Positions 1 to 10,299 of a stretch of 20,000 nucleotides of DNA are shown one piece after another. Within the stretch, counting starts at the first letter, position 1. Each line of letters begins with the position of its first letter. The notes beneath the pieces were generated by a model. That model was not told where the DNA came from. It worked only from the letters and a program-made list of their open reading frames with translations, and did not search any database. Source of the stretch: Catajapyx aquilonaris (Eukaryota); the NCBI GenBank assembly GCA_000934665.2, contig KZ538499.1, positions 45,985 through 65,984 of the forward strand, read 5' to 3'. Both the position numbers and the translations under genes were made by a program.

Positions 1-243
1 GTCGAGCACAAAAGACCGCGGCTGCCATGCCGGGAGGTCACAGAAAAATTAAGCGTGCGAAACTTTTGAGCTAGATCATTAACTCACTTTTGCGACACTC
101 TCAGCACTTGTGGGTTTACGACAGGTGTACAACTACTGGCCAATCTCGTTATATTTAATCAAGGGTCGTCATCGTGTCACTGATGAATGGTTACGATGTG
201 GGAAACCTGGATAAGAAACTAATACTGGATCATGTAATACAGC
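1..243 (-). mobile_element. Possible decayed Penelope-like RT motifs C-E, running off the window
   Basis: One frame (with stops) gives VLHDPVLVSYPGF ... LYT ... FFCDL, loosely like YLDDLL..N.P.F...IYP...FLDL. Confidence 0.33.
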
Positions 244-325
244 CTAACGTAATTAATACATTTAATTACAATTAATTAACACGAAATCTAATTTATTCAT
301 TAATCTATTTTTATTTAAGTGATAC

Positions 326-1010
326 TTTCAAAATTTATTTTAGTTTACTTCAAAATGTAATTAATAATTTGTTTTAAAATGTATTTTAGTTTTTTCAAAA
401 CGTAATTAATAATTTGTTTCAAAATGTAGTTTAGTTTTTTCAAAATGTAATTAATAATTTGTTTCAAAATGTATTTTAGTTTTTTCAAAACGTAATTAAT
501 AATTTGTTTCAAAATGTATTTTAGGTTTTTCAAAATGTATTTTAGGTTTTTCAAAACGTAATTAATAATTTGTTTCAAAATTTATTTTGGTTTATTTCAA
601 AATGTAATTAATAATTCGTTTCAAAAATTAATTTAAATTATCTCAGTTAATTTCAGTTCTTATAATTCATTTAACGTGTCATTTATTTCAAACGTGATTT
701 GTTTCAATACTTATTTAAATTAGTTTCAATTAATGTTTCAAAATTTAATTTAAAGTATCTCCGTTAATTGTAGTTCGAATAACTCATTTAACATGGAATT
801 TATTTTAAATGTAAATTTGTTTAAAAATTTATTTCAATCTGTTTCAATTAATTTATATTTCGAATTAATTTCAGATATAATTTGTTTCAAAATGTAATTA
901 ATATAGTTTAATTTAATTTCGGATATAAATTGTTTCAAAATGTAATTAATATATTTCAAAATTAAGTACTAATGTAGCCTAATTTATTAAATAATATAAA
1001 TACCGGTATC
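326..1010. repeat. AT-rich minisatellite (24-bp + 21-bp subunits, ~45-bp period), degenerating 3'
   Basis: Repeats of ttcaaaatgtaattaataatttgt and ttcaaaatgtattttagtttt. Confidence 0.9.
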
Positions 1011-1299
1011 TTTAAAATGTAACATAATTGTGATTAAAACAAGCTGATTAATGCGAAAGTGGCTAATTACCACATGCAGTTAATTTCTATTAATTTACTG
1101 GAGAGAAAAGGATGAAGGGGTTCTCTTGCGCATGTTACTGCGCAGGCACCCTACTGCGCACCCCTATTACGCATGTTTCTGCGCACGCTTCTGCGCATGA
1201 ACGGACTTCTTGCCCAGACTCCCACATATTAAGCCTCCTGGTGAATGGCCCCTAAATTATTATTTGTCTCGAGCCCTGATTGGCTGCCACGGACTAATC

Positions 1300-2790
1300 A
1301 GAGTGTCTGACCCCCGAATTGCACAGTAGTTCTCCAAAGAGGAAATCAAGTACTGTACATAAGTCCCGGAGGCTCTCCTTTTTTATGTGTGTATGTGTGC
1401 AAGACCTCCGCACTTCTTTAATACATTCTTTTTTTTTTTTGCGCAAGTTCCTGGCGCACCTGTTGCTCAGAAAACGTGATAAGCTAGCTCTGTGAAGCCT
1501 GAAGCCATCAAGGTTCACTGCCCACTTCTACCAGCGCCTGACACGGGCTTCTTCTTCTCTCTTGTGGGCACCGGCATTGCTCCACGTCCTACATCCGCAA
1601 CTATTCTAATAACCATGTGCATATGCTGGAAAAAAAAATAAGGAAAAGAAAATAAGGTGATTCACTCCTAAGACAAGTCGATTTCTGAAATGCGGATTTT
1701 TTTTTTTGCAAATTCTTTCAATTGGGCAGCATGTTTAAAAATAAATTAGCTTCTCTGCTAATACAGTAGGCTATTATTAGATATCGTAGATGCATTATAT
1801 TAGATATTAGCTGAATTATTATACATTTGCTATATTACATATTTATAGGTGGCTTACGAACTTTCAGCTATTGAATTGGCCTTCGAGTTGTAGCTACAGT
1901 CATTATTAGATAATACCAGATATATTATTAGATATCCCAATATTAGATGTATTATTAGATATCCCAATATTAGATATATTATTAGATATCCCAATATTAG
2001 ATATATTATTAGATATATTATTAGCTATATCAGAAATGTTTTAGATATCTGATAGGCCTATATTATTAGATATCCTAATATCTGATATATTATTAGATAT
2101 CCTATTATTGGATATATTATTAGACATTCTATTATTGGATATATTATTAGATATATCATATAATATGTTCTAGATATCTGATATATTATTAGATGTCTCC
2201 TATATATTAGATGTATTATATAATTAAATATCATATATTAGATATACTGTAGGCCCTACTAGTATATTATCGGATAATATTATCGCAAAAATATTTTTAA
2301 ACCTACCAGTGTAAACGACTCAAATTTGCGTACTATTGGCTACATTATATAAAGAGATATCCAGAGATATCACCATGTAACTTATTATTATACAGTAGGC
2401 TACATCAGCTACGGTATATTATATATTATTATCTGGATTTCAGGTAGTAGCTACAGTATATTATAAATATTTTAGATACGTAATATTGCAAAAAAAATAT
2501 TTTAAATCCACCAGTGTATAGACTGTCCAAATATGCGTCGCAATTAGATATATTATTAGATATCGTACTAAATCAGCTACATTATATTATTAGATAATGT
2601 AATTTTTGAAGAAGAAAAAAAATGGACTCGTGTGAGTGGTCCAAATATGCGTCGTGATTTAGCGAAGGCGGCGCCCCAGGTTTGTCTATTCCAGACCTGG
2701 CAATTCATCAGGTTGCTAGGGGAGGTTGATGGGGCAAGTTTCAAGGCGGGTGGGTATAGGGGGGAAGAGCATGTCGAAAAACAAGGGGGG
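1300..2790 (+). mobile_element. Possible single decayed Penelope-like RT whose centre is occupied by a minisatellite
   Basis: FYQR (1526) and VGTGIAP (1564-1584; cf. MGT..AP) lie before the array. PNMRRDL...QFIR-(F)AR (2641-2720; cf. SQLIRFAR thumb motif) and GGYR lie after it. The 5' half is weak. Confidence 0.4.
1770..2600. repeat. AT-rich minisatellite, core unit ~27 bp (atatattattagatatcccaatattag)
   Basis: Near-perfect copies at 1920-2020 and 2060-2160, degenerate on both sides. Confidence 0.9.
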
Positions 2791-2859
2791 GGCCATGACC
2801 GACTAGTTTCTTCTTTTTAAAAGGCTCTGGAACCACATTCCAGAGCATCCCTTTTGGAT

Positions 2860-3170
2860 AAGTCCATTTTGTGACAGTGTGAAGCAAAAAAAAAGTATTG
2901 TGAGCAAAAATAGCGTGAAGGTCATTTAAAAAAATGGGGCGGTTTTGACATGAAAATTATTCATATCGCAGAGCAAGGTCGCCAAGGAGAAAGTGATATA
3001 CGCAATTTTGCATGTGAGCATTCTTCATTTGTTGCGAAAAAAAACTAGTTGCAAGGCCAAGTTCAAGCTTGACCCTTGACCACCTGCATCGCGTTTTATT
3101 GTTATGTTCTTGGAGGTATTACGCCAAAAATGTGCGAATTTTTTTGGCGAACTTTGCTGGCAGAAAATGA
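2860..3170 (+). mobile_element. Probable decayed Penelope-like RT fragment (motifs A-B)
   Basis: FDMK-LFIS (2944-2968; cf. FDVKSLFTS), LTTCIAFY (~3076-3099), FLANF (~3142-3156). Confidence 0.45.
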
Positions 3171-3420
3171 ACGTCCATCCCGTGAAAGCTCCCTCTGCTT
3201 ACACTCCTCTTTGTGCAATTGTCCAGGCCAAATTGAGGGTAACTGATGCGCAAAAATTGGAGTAAATGAGTCCATTATTTAGGCAACAATACGAAGTTAA
3301 TTAGACCCGAACGCAACGTTGGTTTAATTACGATGCCAAAATTGCAGTGATTAATCGATATAAATATTTTATAAGTATCGCGGGTCGAGAATAACTGCTT
3401 AAAATAACTGTTACATCGAA

Positions 3421-3517
3421 GCAGGTTGGTGTGGTGGTTAATAAGGAGCCCGAATGCTAATCGGAAGGTCCTGGGTTCGAATCCCGGGGCCGGCAACCCT
3501 GACCGTGGTAGCAAATA
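3421..3517 (+). mobile_element. tRNA-derived SINE head or tRNA pseudogene
   Basis: A-box-like TGGTGTGGTGG and B box GGTTCGAATCC; T-arm CTGGG/CCCGG; anticodon-like arm CCGA-ATGCTAA-TCGG. Acceptor and D stems are mismatched. Confidence 0.65.
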
Positions 3518-4146
3518 AAAAATAACTGTTGCAAACTGGCGATTTAAAGCAGTTACCGGTAGCCTACTTTACAACTCCTATAACAGTTATAAAATGCTAA
3601 ACAACCGCTTCAGTAAAATAATAACCGTGAGTATAATAATAAATGTTTAAAACAACTGCTTCTCTCTCAAATAACCATTAGATTAACAGGCTATTTGAAT
3701 CTGTTACTTTTTGAACTTCTAACAGTTGTAAAATATTAGATACCCAGCTTAAAATAATAAGTGTGAGTAATAACTGCTTAGACAACCACGCTCTTAACTG
3801 GTTACTTAAATGTTACTTTTGAACTTCTAACAGTTGTAAAATATTAGATACCCAGCTTAAAATAATACGTAACTTTGAGTAATAACTGCTTAGATAACCA
3901 CGCTCGTAACTGGTTATTTAAATCCGTTACTTTGGAACATCTAACAGTTATGAATTAGCCTACTGGGGCAGATGCTTAAAAGAATAACTTTGAGTAATAA
4001 CTGCTTAAAACATCTGCCTCGAATAGCCAAGTTATTAACTGGCCCTTGCTTTAGAACAACTGATAACAGTTATAAAATATTACATAACTGGTTAAACAAC
4101 TTCTCCAAATAACCACGTCAGCAACTGATAAATGAGTTGCTTCAGA

Positions 4147-4371
4147 GAGTGACGCAGTCAGGGTTCCAGTTCGGGCGGGGAGGAGGCCCGCCGCAGGCGG
4201 AGATCTTTTGGGGTTCAAGGTCACACTTTTTCCAAAATAAAATCCTGAATTAGTAATTTGAAGACAATTTTTTGAAAACATCATTTTTTGAAAACATCAT
4301 TTTAAAAAACCATCAAGAGTTTGGGGGGGGGGGGGAACTGGCACCCCCCCCCCCCCCTGGCTACGTCACTG
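4147..4371. mobile_element. hAT-type MITE, 225 bp
   Basis: Perfect 8-bp TSD gcttcaga (4139-4146 and 4372-4379). Imperfect 17-bp TIRs gagtgacgcagtcaggg / ccctggctacgtcactg. Internal G-run/C-run hairpin. Confidence 0.85.
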
Positions 4372-4459
4372 GCTTCAGAACTTCTAACTGTTATGAAATA
4401 TTGGATAACTTCTTAAAACAACACGGCTGTGTAGAGCACCCTGGTGGGCTTTGTCCGTG

Positions 4460-4770
4460 CTGTGACTCATCACCAACGTGCATGTAGTACTATACTTTCC
4501 CCCTGAGAGAGTCAACTGGTAGTGGCATACGTCTAAGTGAAATGGTGGACCAAGCAGTATTGCCAAAATGTGGCAACGAGTTATAGCTCTATTTATATTC
4601 CCCCCCAAAAATACCAATAGTTTGACCTGTAATAAACCTACAAGTGACCTCCAGCAAAAAAGGTCATATGATTCATCCCCCCAGGAAGCACTTTCATCCC
4701 AAAGGATGTGCCATACAGCCAGAGATCGAAAAGAGGGGTGGAGGCGTGATATGCAGTTACCTGGCCGTCT
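4460..4770 (+). mobile_element. Probable decayed Penelope-like RT motif-B region, related to the 11960-13115 relic
   Basis: 4463-4488 matches the reverse complement of 12576-12601 at 25/26 nt (LITNVHV vs LITNEHV). It is followed in frame by WQRVIAL..PKNTNS..SDL (cf. RQVIGIPMGTNC..ADL). Confidence 0.45.
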
Positions 4771-4893
4771 CGCAAAAAAAAACCAGTTGGCAACCCTGAA
4801 AATCAGCCGTCCCTTGCAAAAATCTCCCCCACCACCACCACCACCTACCACCATCCCTTCCTCAACATCCTCTAGTTGTGCCCACGAGGCCAG

Positions 4894-4899
4894 TCAGTT
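4894..4899 (+). promoter_or_regulatory. Possible initiator element (TCAGTT) for the PH-domain gene
   Basis: Matches the TCAKTY Inr consensus about 100 nt upstream of the ATG at 4999. The motif is short and could occur by chance. Confidence 0.3.
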
Positions 4900-4998
4900 G
4901 CAACCTTTTCTCTGGAGAGGTTCGGCATCTTTTTTCGGCTCTTATTTTTTGAAGAGTGTGTTTTTTTTGTGTCAACAATCGGATGACGCGTGACAACA

Positions 4999-5082
4999 AT
5001 GCGGTACGAAGTGAGCGGATTTAGAGCCGCTGGATTGGTCCAGGACAAGGGGAAGGTGAACAAGCCATTCATTGTCACGCAG
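4999..5082 (+). CDS. Putative first coding exon of PH-domain protein gene (MRYEVSGFRAAGLVQDKGKVNKPFIVTQ)
   Basis: ATG at 4999 in caacaATG context, 28 open codons, donor CAG|gtaaat at 5082/5083. Phase 0 matches the acceptor of the exon at 14205. Confidence 0.65.
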
Positions 5083-5099
5083 GTAAATATATTATTGGG

Positions 5100-5515
5100 C
5101 CGAAGATAACAAAGAAAAGATGAGGGGCGACGAAACCGGATTCTGAGGGTGTCAGTGCCCTCGTTTTTTGGGGGCGCATCACTTGCATAACAATATTATT
5201 AGGGATGCAACAATACGGTGTGTGAAGTGCAACAATAGTTGAGACACCAACCGGAATTATTTACAACACCATGACATATCAAGTTTTATATTTAAAAAAA
5301 AAACTGGACAATGAACTGTGCCTTCTTCCGTGTGTCATTGTTGAGCTTCAATTTGGGGGCGAAAGTACAGGGGGAGCAATAAAAAGAAGCTTTCCCACAC
5401 ATTATTTTTGTATACGCGTCTCTTGAATGCTGGGAAAATGCCGGACATTGCTATGTGGGTATAATTATGTCAGGTTGTATTTTTATACCGGTCGAGCCTT
5501 TCACATCTAGTTTAT
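5100..5515 (-). mobile_element. Decayed Penelope-like element RT core (Poseidon-like) at the start of intron 1
   Basis: LDVKG (5510-5496), SFFFKYK...HGV (~5306-5265), VSTIVA (5245-5228; cf. PVSPIVAN), RIRFR...FVI (5144-5105; cf. RIWFRYVDDTFVI). Confidence 0.55.
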
Positions 5516-5714
5516 TACACTGGGTGTACTGCTCTAGCTGTTTACAGAAAATGAAATGTCTGTGCCTCTGTTTGTCCGCGGTGAGTCATATACCTTGGCA
5601 ACGTCGCAAACGTCGGCCATTTTGTTCCTTACCCAAGCGTAGCGTTGGAAATAAGTGCGTCGCTTATTAAATATCGCAGTATTTACATACATATTTAGCG
5701 TATGTATTTATATA

Positions 5715-6035
5715 CACTGTACTCCCGATTATCCGGGCTAATGGATGCACGGATGTCGCCGGATAACCGGAAAACACGGGTAATAGCAAAAAGGTCCTAT
5801 AGATACCGTAAAATGAGCCATTGACAGGTTTTTAATGAACGTCTGTACATGCTGCATTCTGCTTTAAATTAAGATTTAATCAAAATTATAAAAAAATATT
5901 TCGTTGATTTTTAGTTTGTCTTCTGAAAAAAGTCTGCTATAAAAATATTCATTTGTTTGCGAGAATTTTTTCGAACTTGTATTTGTTTATAGCCATGCAC
6001 GGATAATCCTCACCCGGATAATCGGGAGTACAGTG
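5715..6035. mobile_element. Tc1/mariner (pogo/Tigger-like) MITE, 321 bp
   Basis: Perfect 23-bp TIRs CACTGTACTCCCGATTATCCGGG / CCCGGATAATCGGGAGTACAGTG, flanked by TA on both sides. Subterminal cggataa motifs. Confidence 0.9.
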
Positions 6036-6039
6036 TATT

Positions 6040-6535
6040 TATATATTTTATTTTAATGTATTTATACTTATCTTTTAGAATATATTCATATATACGAGTA
6101 TTTATATTTTATATTCCGTATATTTTATACCATATTTTCATTTTCAAATTTCATCCATTTTTATATTTATATTTTTTAAATTTCATCCATTTTTATATAT
6201 ATATTTTTTAAATTTCATCCATTTTTATATTTATATTTTTTTTAAATTTCATCTAATTCTATATTTAAATTTTTTTAAATTTTATCTAATTCTATATTTA
6301 TACTTTTTAAATTTCATGTAATTCTATAATTTATATTTACTGTATATTTATATTTTTAAATTTCATCTATATTTATATTTACCTTATATTTATATTTACC
6401 TTATATTTATATTTACCTTATATTTATATTTACCTTATATTTATATGTACCTTATATTTATATTTACCGTATATTTATATTTACCGTATATTTATATTTA
6501 CCGTATATTTATATTTACCGTATATTTATATTTTT
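6040..6535. repeat. AT-rich array: ~39-bp units (6140-6360) then 17-bp units acc(t/g)tatatttatattt
   Basis: Nine 17-bp units start at 6381, 6398, 6415, 6432, 6449, 6466, 6483, 6500 and 6517. Confidence 0.92.
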
Positions 6536-6576
6536 AAAATACTATTTATAGCATTACCGCAGTACACTCACTATAC

Positions 6577-6905
6577 CAGATACTATTGATAATTCCAACC
6601 CTGCAAGCTGCGCGAACTGTGGTGCGCACTCGGTTGGACAGTTTTTGGCCAGTGTTTTTTTTTTTTATTGCGAGTGCAAAATGTGGCCAGTATAGCAAAG
6701 GGTGCGTATCAAATCGCTCTCACGATTGAATCACATGAGCAATGCCGCTTTCTCCTCGACATTTTGAGACCTAAAGACGTGCAATAGAAAAAGAGACTAT
6801 TCCTCTTAAATAGACCCTCTCATCTATAAAATTGGGAGGAGTTTCCGCTCTGTTTCCGCGGGACCCGAAATTAGGTTTACAGAGAGTTCTCATTACCATA
6901 GTGTA
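6577..6905 (+). mobile_element. Decayed Penelope-like element RT, C-terminal motifs (Poseidon-like)
   Basis: RY-t-IDN (6578-6593; cf. RYIDD), IK (6708-6713) then TIESHEQCRFLLDIL (6722-6766; cf. IKFTIE.E...LPFLDIL), IYK (~6822), SSH (~6885). Confidence 0.62.
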
Positions 6906-7599
6906 CATATCGTACTACTCATGTAATCTGACACCTCAGACAATATATTGTCTGCCATTTTGATCCAATTGTCCGCCATCTTAGTTCGCCTTAATTTCAA
7001 CATATGAATGAAAAACTTTCGTCTAATTACTCCCCACTTGTTAATATTCGGTTCACCGACCTCAGACCAAGAATGTTCCCATCCAAAATGGCGGATATTT
7101 GCATATCATTAAAAGTACATGGATTTCGCCAAATTCTTTTTTTGAATATTCCAACCGAGCAGATTTTGTTGACATGTTACATAATGACTGCGGGGGGGTT
7201 TTGGATTGTAATTATATTGTTGGCCTCCAGAGACTTAATATAGAGCTCCTGGATTCCTTTGCGAATACCATCGATCGCAAAATTGCATTTCTGCGAGGGA
7301 TAATTATCTAGGAGGATTATTACGTACCTCGCGAGAGCCATTTTTTTTGCATACTATTCAAATATAGTGATTTTGATATCCATAATTTTTTTTAAAACAA
7401 AAATATGTGCGTTTTCCGCATCGTACGCAACCGGTAGTTGATACCGTAATTTTTTTTGAGAACAATCCGTTCATTTTCGCGATTTTTTTGGACGAACCGT
7501 AGGGGGGAAGTACTCGCGGAATTTCAAAACGCAAAAATTGTTCCGCTCACTTGCCACGTAATTATTACTACGCGGATCATTTTTTTTTCCTTACAAAAA

Positions 7600-8100
7600 G
7601 TCTCGAGGAAGTAACTTAAAAATTAATAATCGTGCACGATCTATACGGTATATATAAAAGTTGAAGTTTGTTTGTCAGTTTCATATCCATTTCGTATCCA
7701 TTTTGAACCCGTGCAAAGAACGGATTCCCTGCTAGTATTTTTCAAAAAATTTTGCACAATTATTTAATTTTTTAAAGTTTACTTCCCGGAGGTAAAATGG
7801 GTATTTTGACAAACAAACTTCACCTTTTATATACACCGTATGTATATTTTGCAGTTTACAAATAAATCGGGTGTAGATGTGGCAAAAATTGCAGACATTG
7901 CGAATTTCACTATTATTATTACACCGTACCTCAAGGATGTATGACTGCGAAATTTATGATGCACAATTAAGTTACTTCCCGGAGGCAAAATGGGCATGAA
8001 ATTGACAAACAAACGAACAAGTTTGACCTTTTATATATGTAGATTCTACGGTTTTTAGAATGGAGAAGTGGCAAAAGTTGCAGATTTTGCGAATTATTAG
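7600..8100. mobile_element. Cluster of Helitron-like termini: a short + strand copy (7640-7735) and two minus-strand 5' ends (~7775-7840, ~7968-8044)
   Basis: Recurrent TATATAAAAG..GTTTGTTTGTC..CCATTT motif in both orientations. The + copy runs A|TC...GCTAG|T. A ~190-bp repeat also shares gtggcaaaa.ttgcaga..ttgcgaatt (7881, 8068). Confidence 0.55.
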
Positions 8101-8299
8101 CAGAGTTATTATTACTGCCAGGGATGTATTACGATACGAATTTTTTTAACATATTGAGTCGACACTTGGCAGTAAGCAATATATTCGCGAATCTCGTTCA
8201 GTTCTGCAAATTTTGACCTACCAGCTGTAATATTTTTTGCATAATTTTCGCTATTAAATTTTTAGATTGCGCATATTTCTGCCAACATTGCAGTCATAT

Positions 8300-9080
8300 T
8301 CTTACAGATTAGAAAACAACTTCTTTTTTTGCAAAAAAATACCATCAGGTCGATCCCCTTATTTCCTTGAAGGTGATTCCATCCAACCGCATTATATTTT
8401 CGCAAAAAAAATAACAAAATCTTGCCTATTTTTTATAGCTCTCTCTATACTGCCACCACCAATCCCATCACACAATCTGGAAGCACTGTGGTGTAAGTTA
8501 ACTCCTTTGAAGGAGCACTCATCTGGATCAATTCAGGTTAATGAGGAAGAGCTTTTGGAGAGAGAGAGGAATGTTTTTTTAAAGGGAAAAGTCAGTGTAT
8601 AAATGATGCTGTGCTAATGACTCAATCGGCAAAATCTTATATATAGTTCAAGACAAATGTCTGTATGTTCCCGATGCAAATCAATACGGAGGCCTCCACA
8701 TATGCCCCAGGGTGATCATTAGGGGTAGTTTTTAACAGGGAAGGTTTTTAGCACATTTGATTTGACCTCTGACGTCATCCACGGCTGCAGGAGGTGCAAA
8801 TGCAGAAAAGCAGCAACGCCGGGGATCCTGCTAGTTATTTATATGGAGGAAGTTCTAATAATTTGTGATGAGTCAATATTATATTGAACATTAGCATCAA
8901 GGTCAAATTTTCTTTGAAGGAAAAAAAGCTTCTCGTTTCATGATCCAGCTTTTTTTCTTCAGTCTCAAGGCAATATTTTCCACGCTTTGCAGTCCACGCA
9001 CTCTTTCTTTTCAAGTTCATGAACTATGTTGAAGATGCCTTTCCGCATATAAGGCCCGTAAGCAGTCATGCAGCATGTAA
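8300..9080 (+). mobile_element. Decayed Penelope-like element RT core split by a Helitron-like insertion
   Basis: LENNFFF (8309-8329) + YHQV (8340-8351; cf. LENNYF.F.G..Y.Q), CIND (8596-8607; TGTATAAATGAT is 2 substitutions from YIDD codons), VKFSLKE (8902-8922; cf. IKFT.E) after the insertion. Confidence 0.58.
8635..8834 (+). mobile_element. Non-autonomous Helitron-like element, 200 bp
   Basis: Inserted at A|T. 5' end TCTTATATATA..GTCTGTATGTT; 3' end GCAACGCCGGG..CTGCTAG with a GC-rich subterminal fold; no TSD. Confidence 0.7.
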
Positions 9081-10050
9081 TTGCGATTTTATTATATTTT
9101 TTATGTACTCACTTTCTAAGATGGGATATATCACAAAAATTGCATTTTATTCAATTTATTTACAGTATAGTCCCCTATCGGTGCTTTAAAATCATGCTTC
9201 CTGTACCTTCTATTATTCCATTGTTATCAGGCTAGTACTTAGCAGCTTGGCCTTCACGCCAATTGCCTCAGTGTGTAATTGAGCACGTTCAGCGATTTGG
9301 GCTCTTTTTTATTCTACATTTTTGCCAGCGAAGTATCGATTTCTAGCGTAACTAGATTCTCGTAGTGAGGCGATAAAAAAACAGTTTTCAAGCTCTTTAT
9401 AGCAGGGTAGTCAAGTGGTCCACATTTTCGCGGTCAGTTAAAATTCTCCACCTGCTACACTGTGCTACGCTTGGAGGACCAATCAGCAGCTTTCCAATAG
9501 GTCAAAATCATTGGGATTACGAGCCTGAAGCATTAAGCTGAACCAAGTATTAAAAGATATTATTTTTCGCCTTTTAACGATAATATTAGAAAATATTTGT
9601 TTCGCTAATATAGCAAATATTTGCGCATATTTGAATCTGCGAATCTTATAAAATGTGCCCTTTCTTGCAGATCCAAACTAATATTATCAGACAATACTTT
9701 TAATAACCGATTAAAGTTACTAATGAAATAGTTGGTGAAATATAGCCCATTAAAATAAACAGTTTCTGGAGATAACCGTCTAAATAACTGGATAAAATAA
9801 CATTACAATTTAGTTTGTCGATAACTGTCTTAAATAACTGATAAAATAACCAATAAAGTAGCTGATGAAATAGCCCATTAAAGTAAACAGTTACTCGATG
9901 ACCGTCTAAAATAACTGGGATAAAGTAACAATGAAATAACTGGATAGAGTAACATTAAAATAACTAGCAAATATAATATTATAAAACTTTTTAAATTTCG
10001 CTCAACTTAAAGATGATTTTTTTGGTCATTTACGCAACCTACTTGTAATA

Positions 10051-10246
10051 CAGGGTGGTCCAAGTTCAAGTGTCGTTTTATAACGGCGATTAATAGCAGT
10101 GATTTTGCGATGACGTAGCAGCGACGCGTAAAATGTCCCACTTCGGCGCAATCGAAGTGGGCAATTTTACACGTCGCTGCTACGTCATCGTTAAGCGCTT
10201 CTATTAATCGCCGTTATAAAGCGACACTTGAACTTGGACCACCCTG
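10051..10246. mobile_element. Tc1/mariner-type fold-back MITE, 196 bp
   Basis: TIR CAGGGTGGTCCAAGTTCAAGTGTCG with TA flanks. Self-complementarity continues almost to the centre (~10148). Confidence 0.9.
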
Positions 10247-10299
10247 TATAATATATATATTTTTTGTCTTTTACTCAACCTAATATTAGATAATAATTT

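Larger units (their letters stand above)
3380..4410. repeat. Degenerate 'ataactg/aacagtt' array with ~110-bp higher-order units
   Basis: gaacttctaacagttgtaaaatattagatacccagcttaaaataata is repeated at ~3713 and ~3821, with weaker copies at ~3935, ~4053 and ~4378. The array is interrupted by the SINE and the hAT MITE. Confidence 0.8.

Noticed and set aside
345..578. Repetitive ORF (KQIINYVLK...)
   Set aside because: It is a translation of the 45/21-bp minisatellite, with no splice or homology support.
3690..3960. Regularly spaced repeats as a CRISPR-like array
   Set aside because: The units are degenerate tandem duplicates without unique spacers, in a eukaryotic intron-containing context with no cas genes.
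4786..4798. GTTGGCAACCCTG, a hAT-like terminal sequence (partial also at ~3492)
   Set aside because: No matching opposite end or TSD was found, so no element can be delimited.
7099..7311. Possible further RT motif-B relic (NSFFEYSN; VLDCNYI; SFAN)
   Set aside because: The motifs are too weak and their order is ambiguous; left uncalled pending an HMM search.
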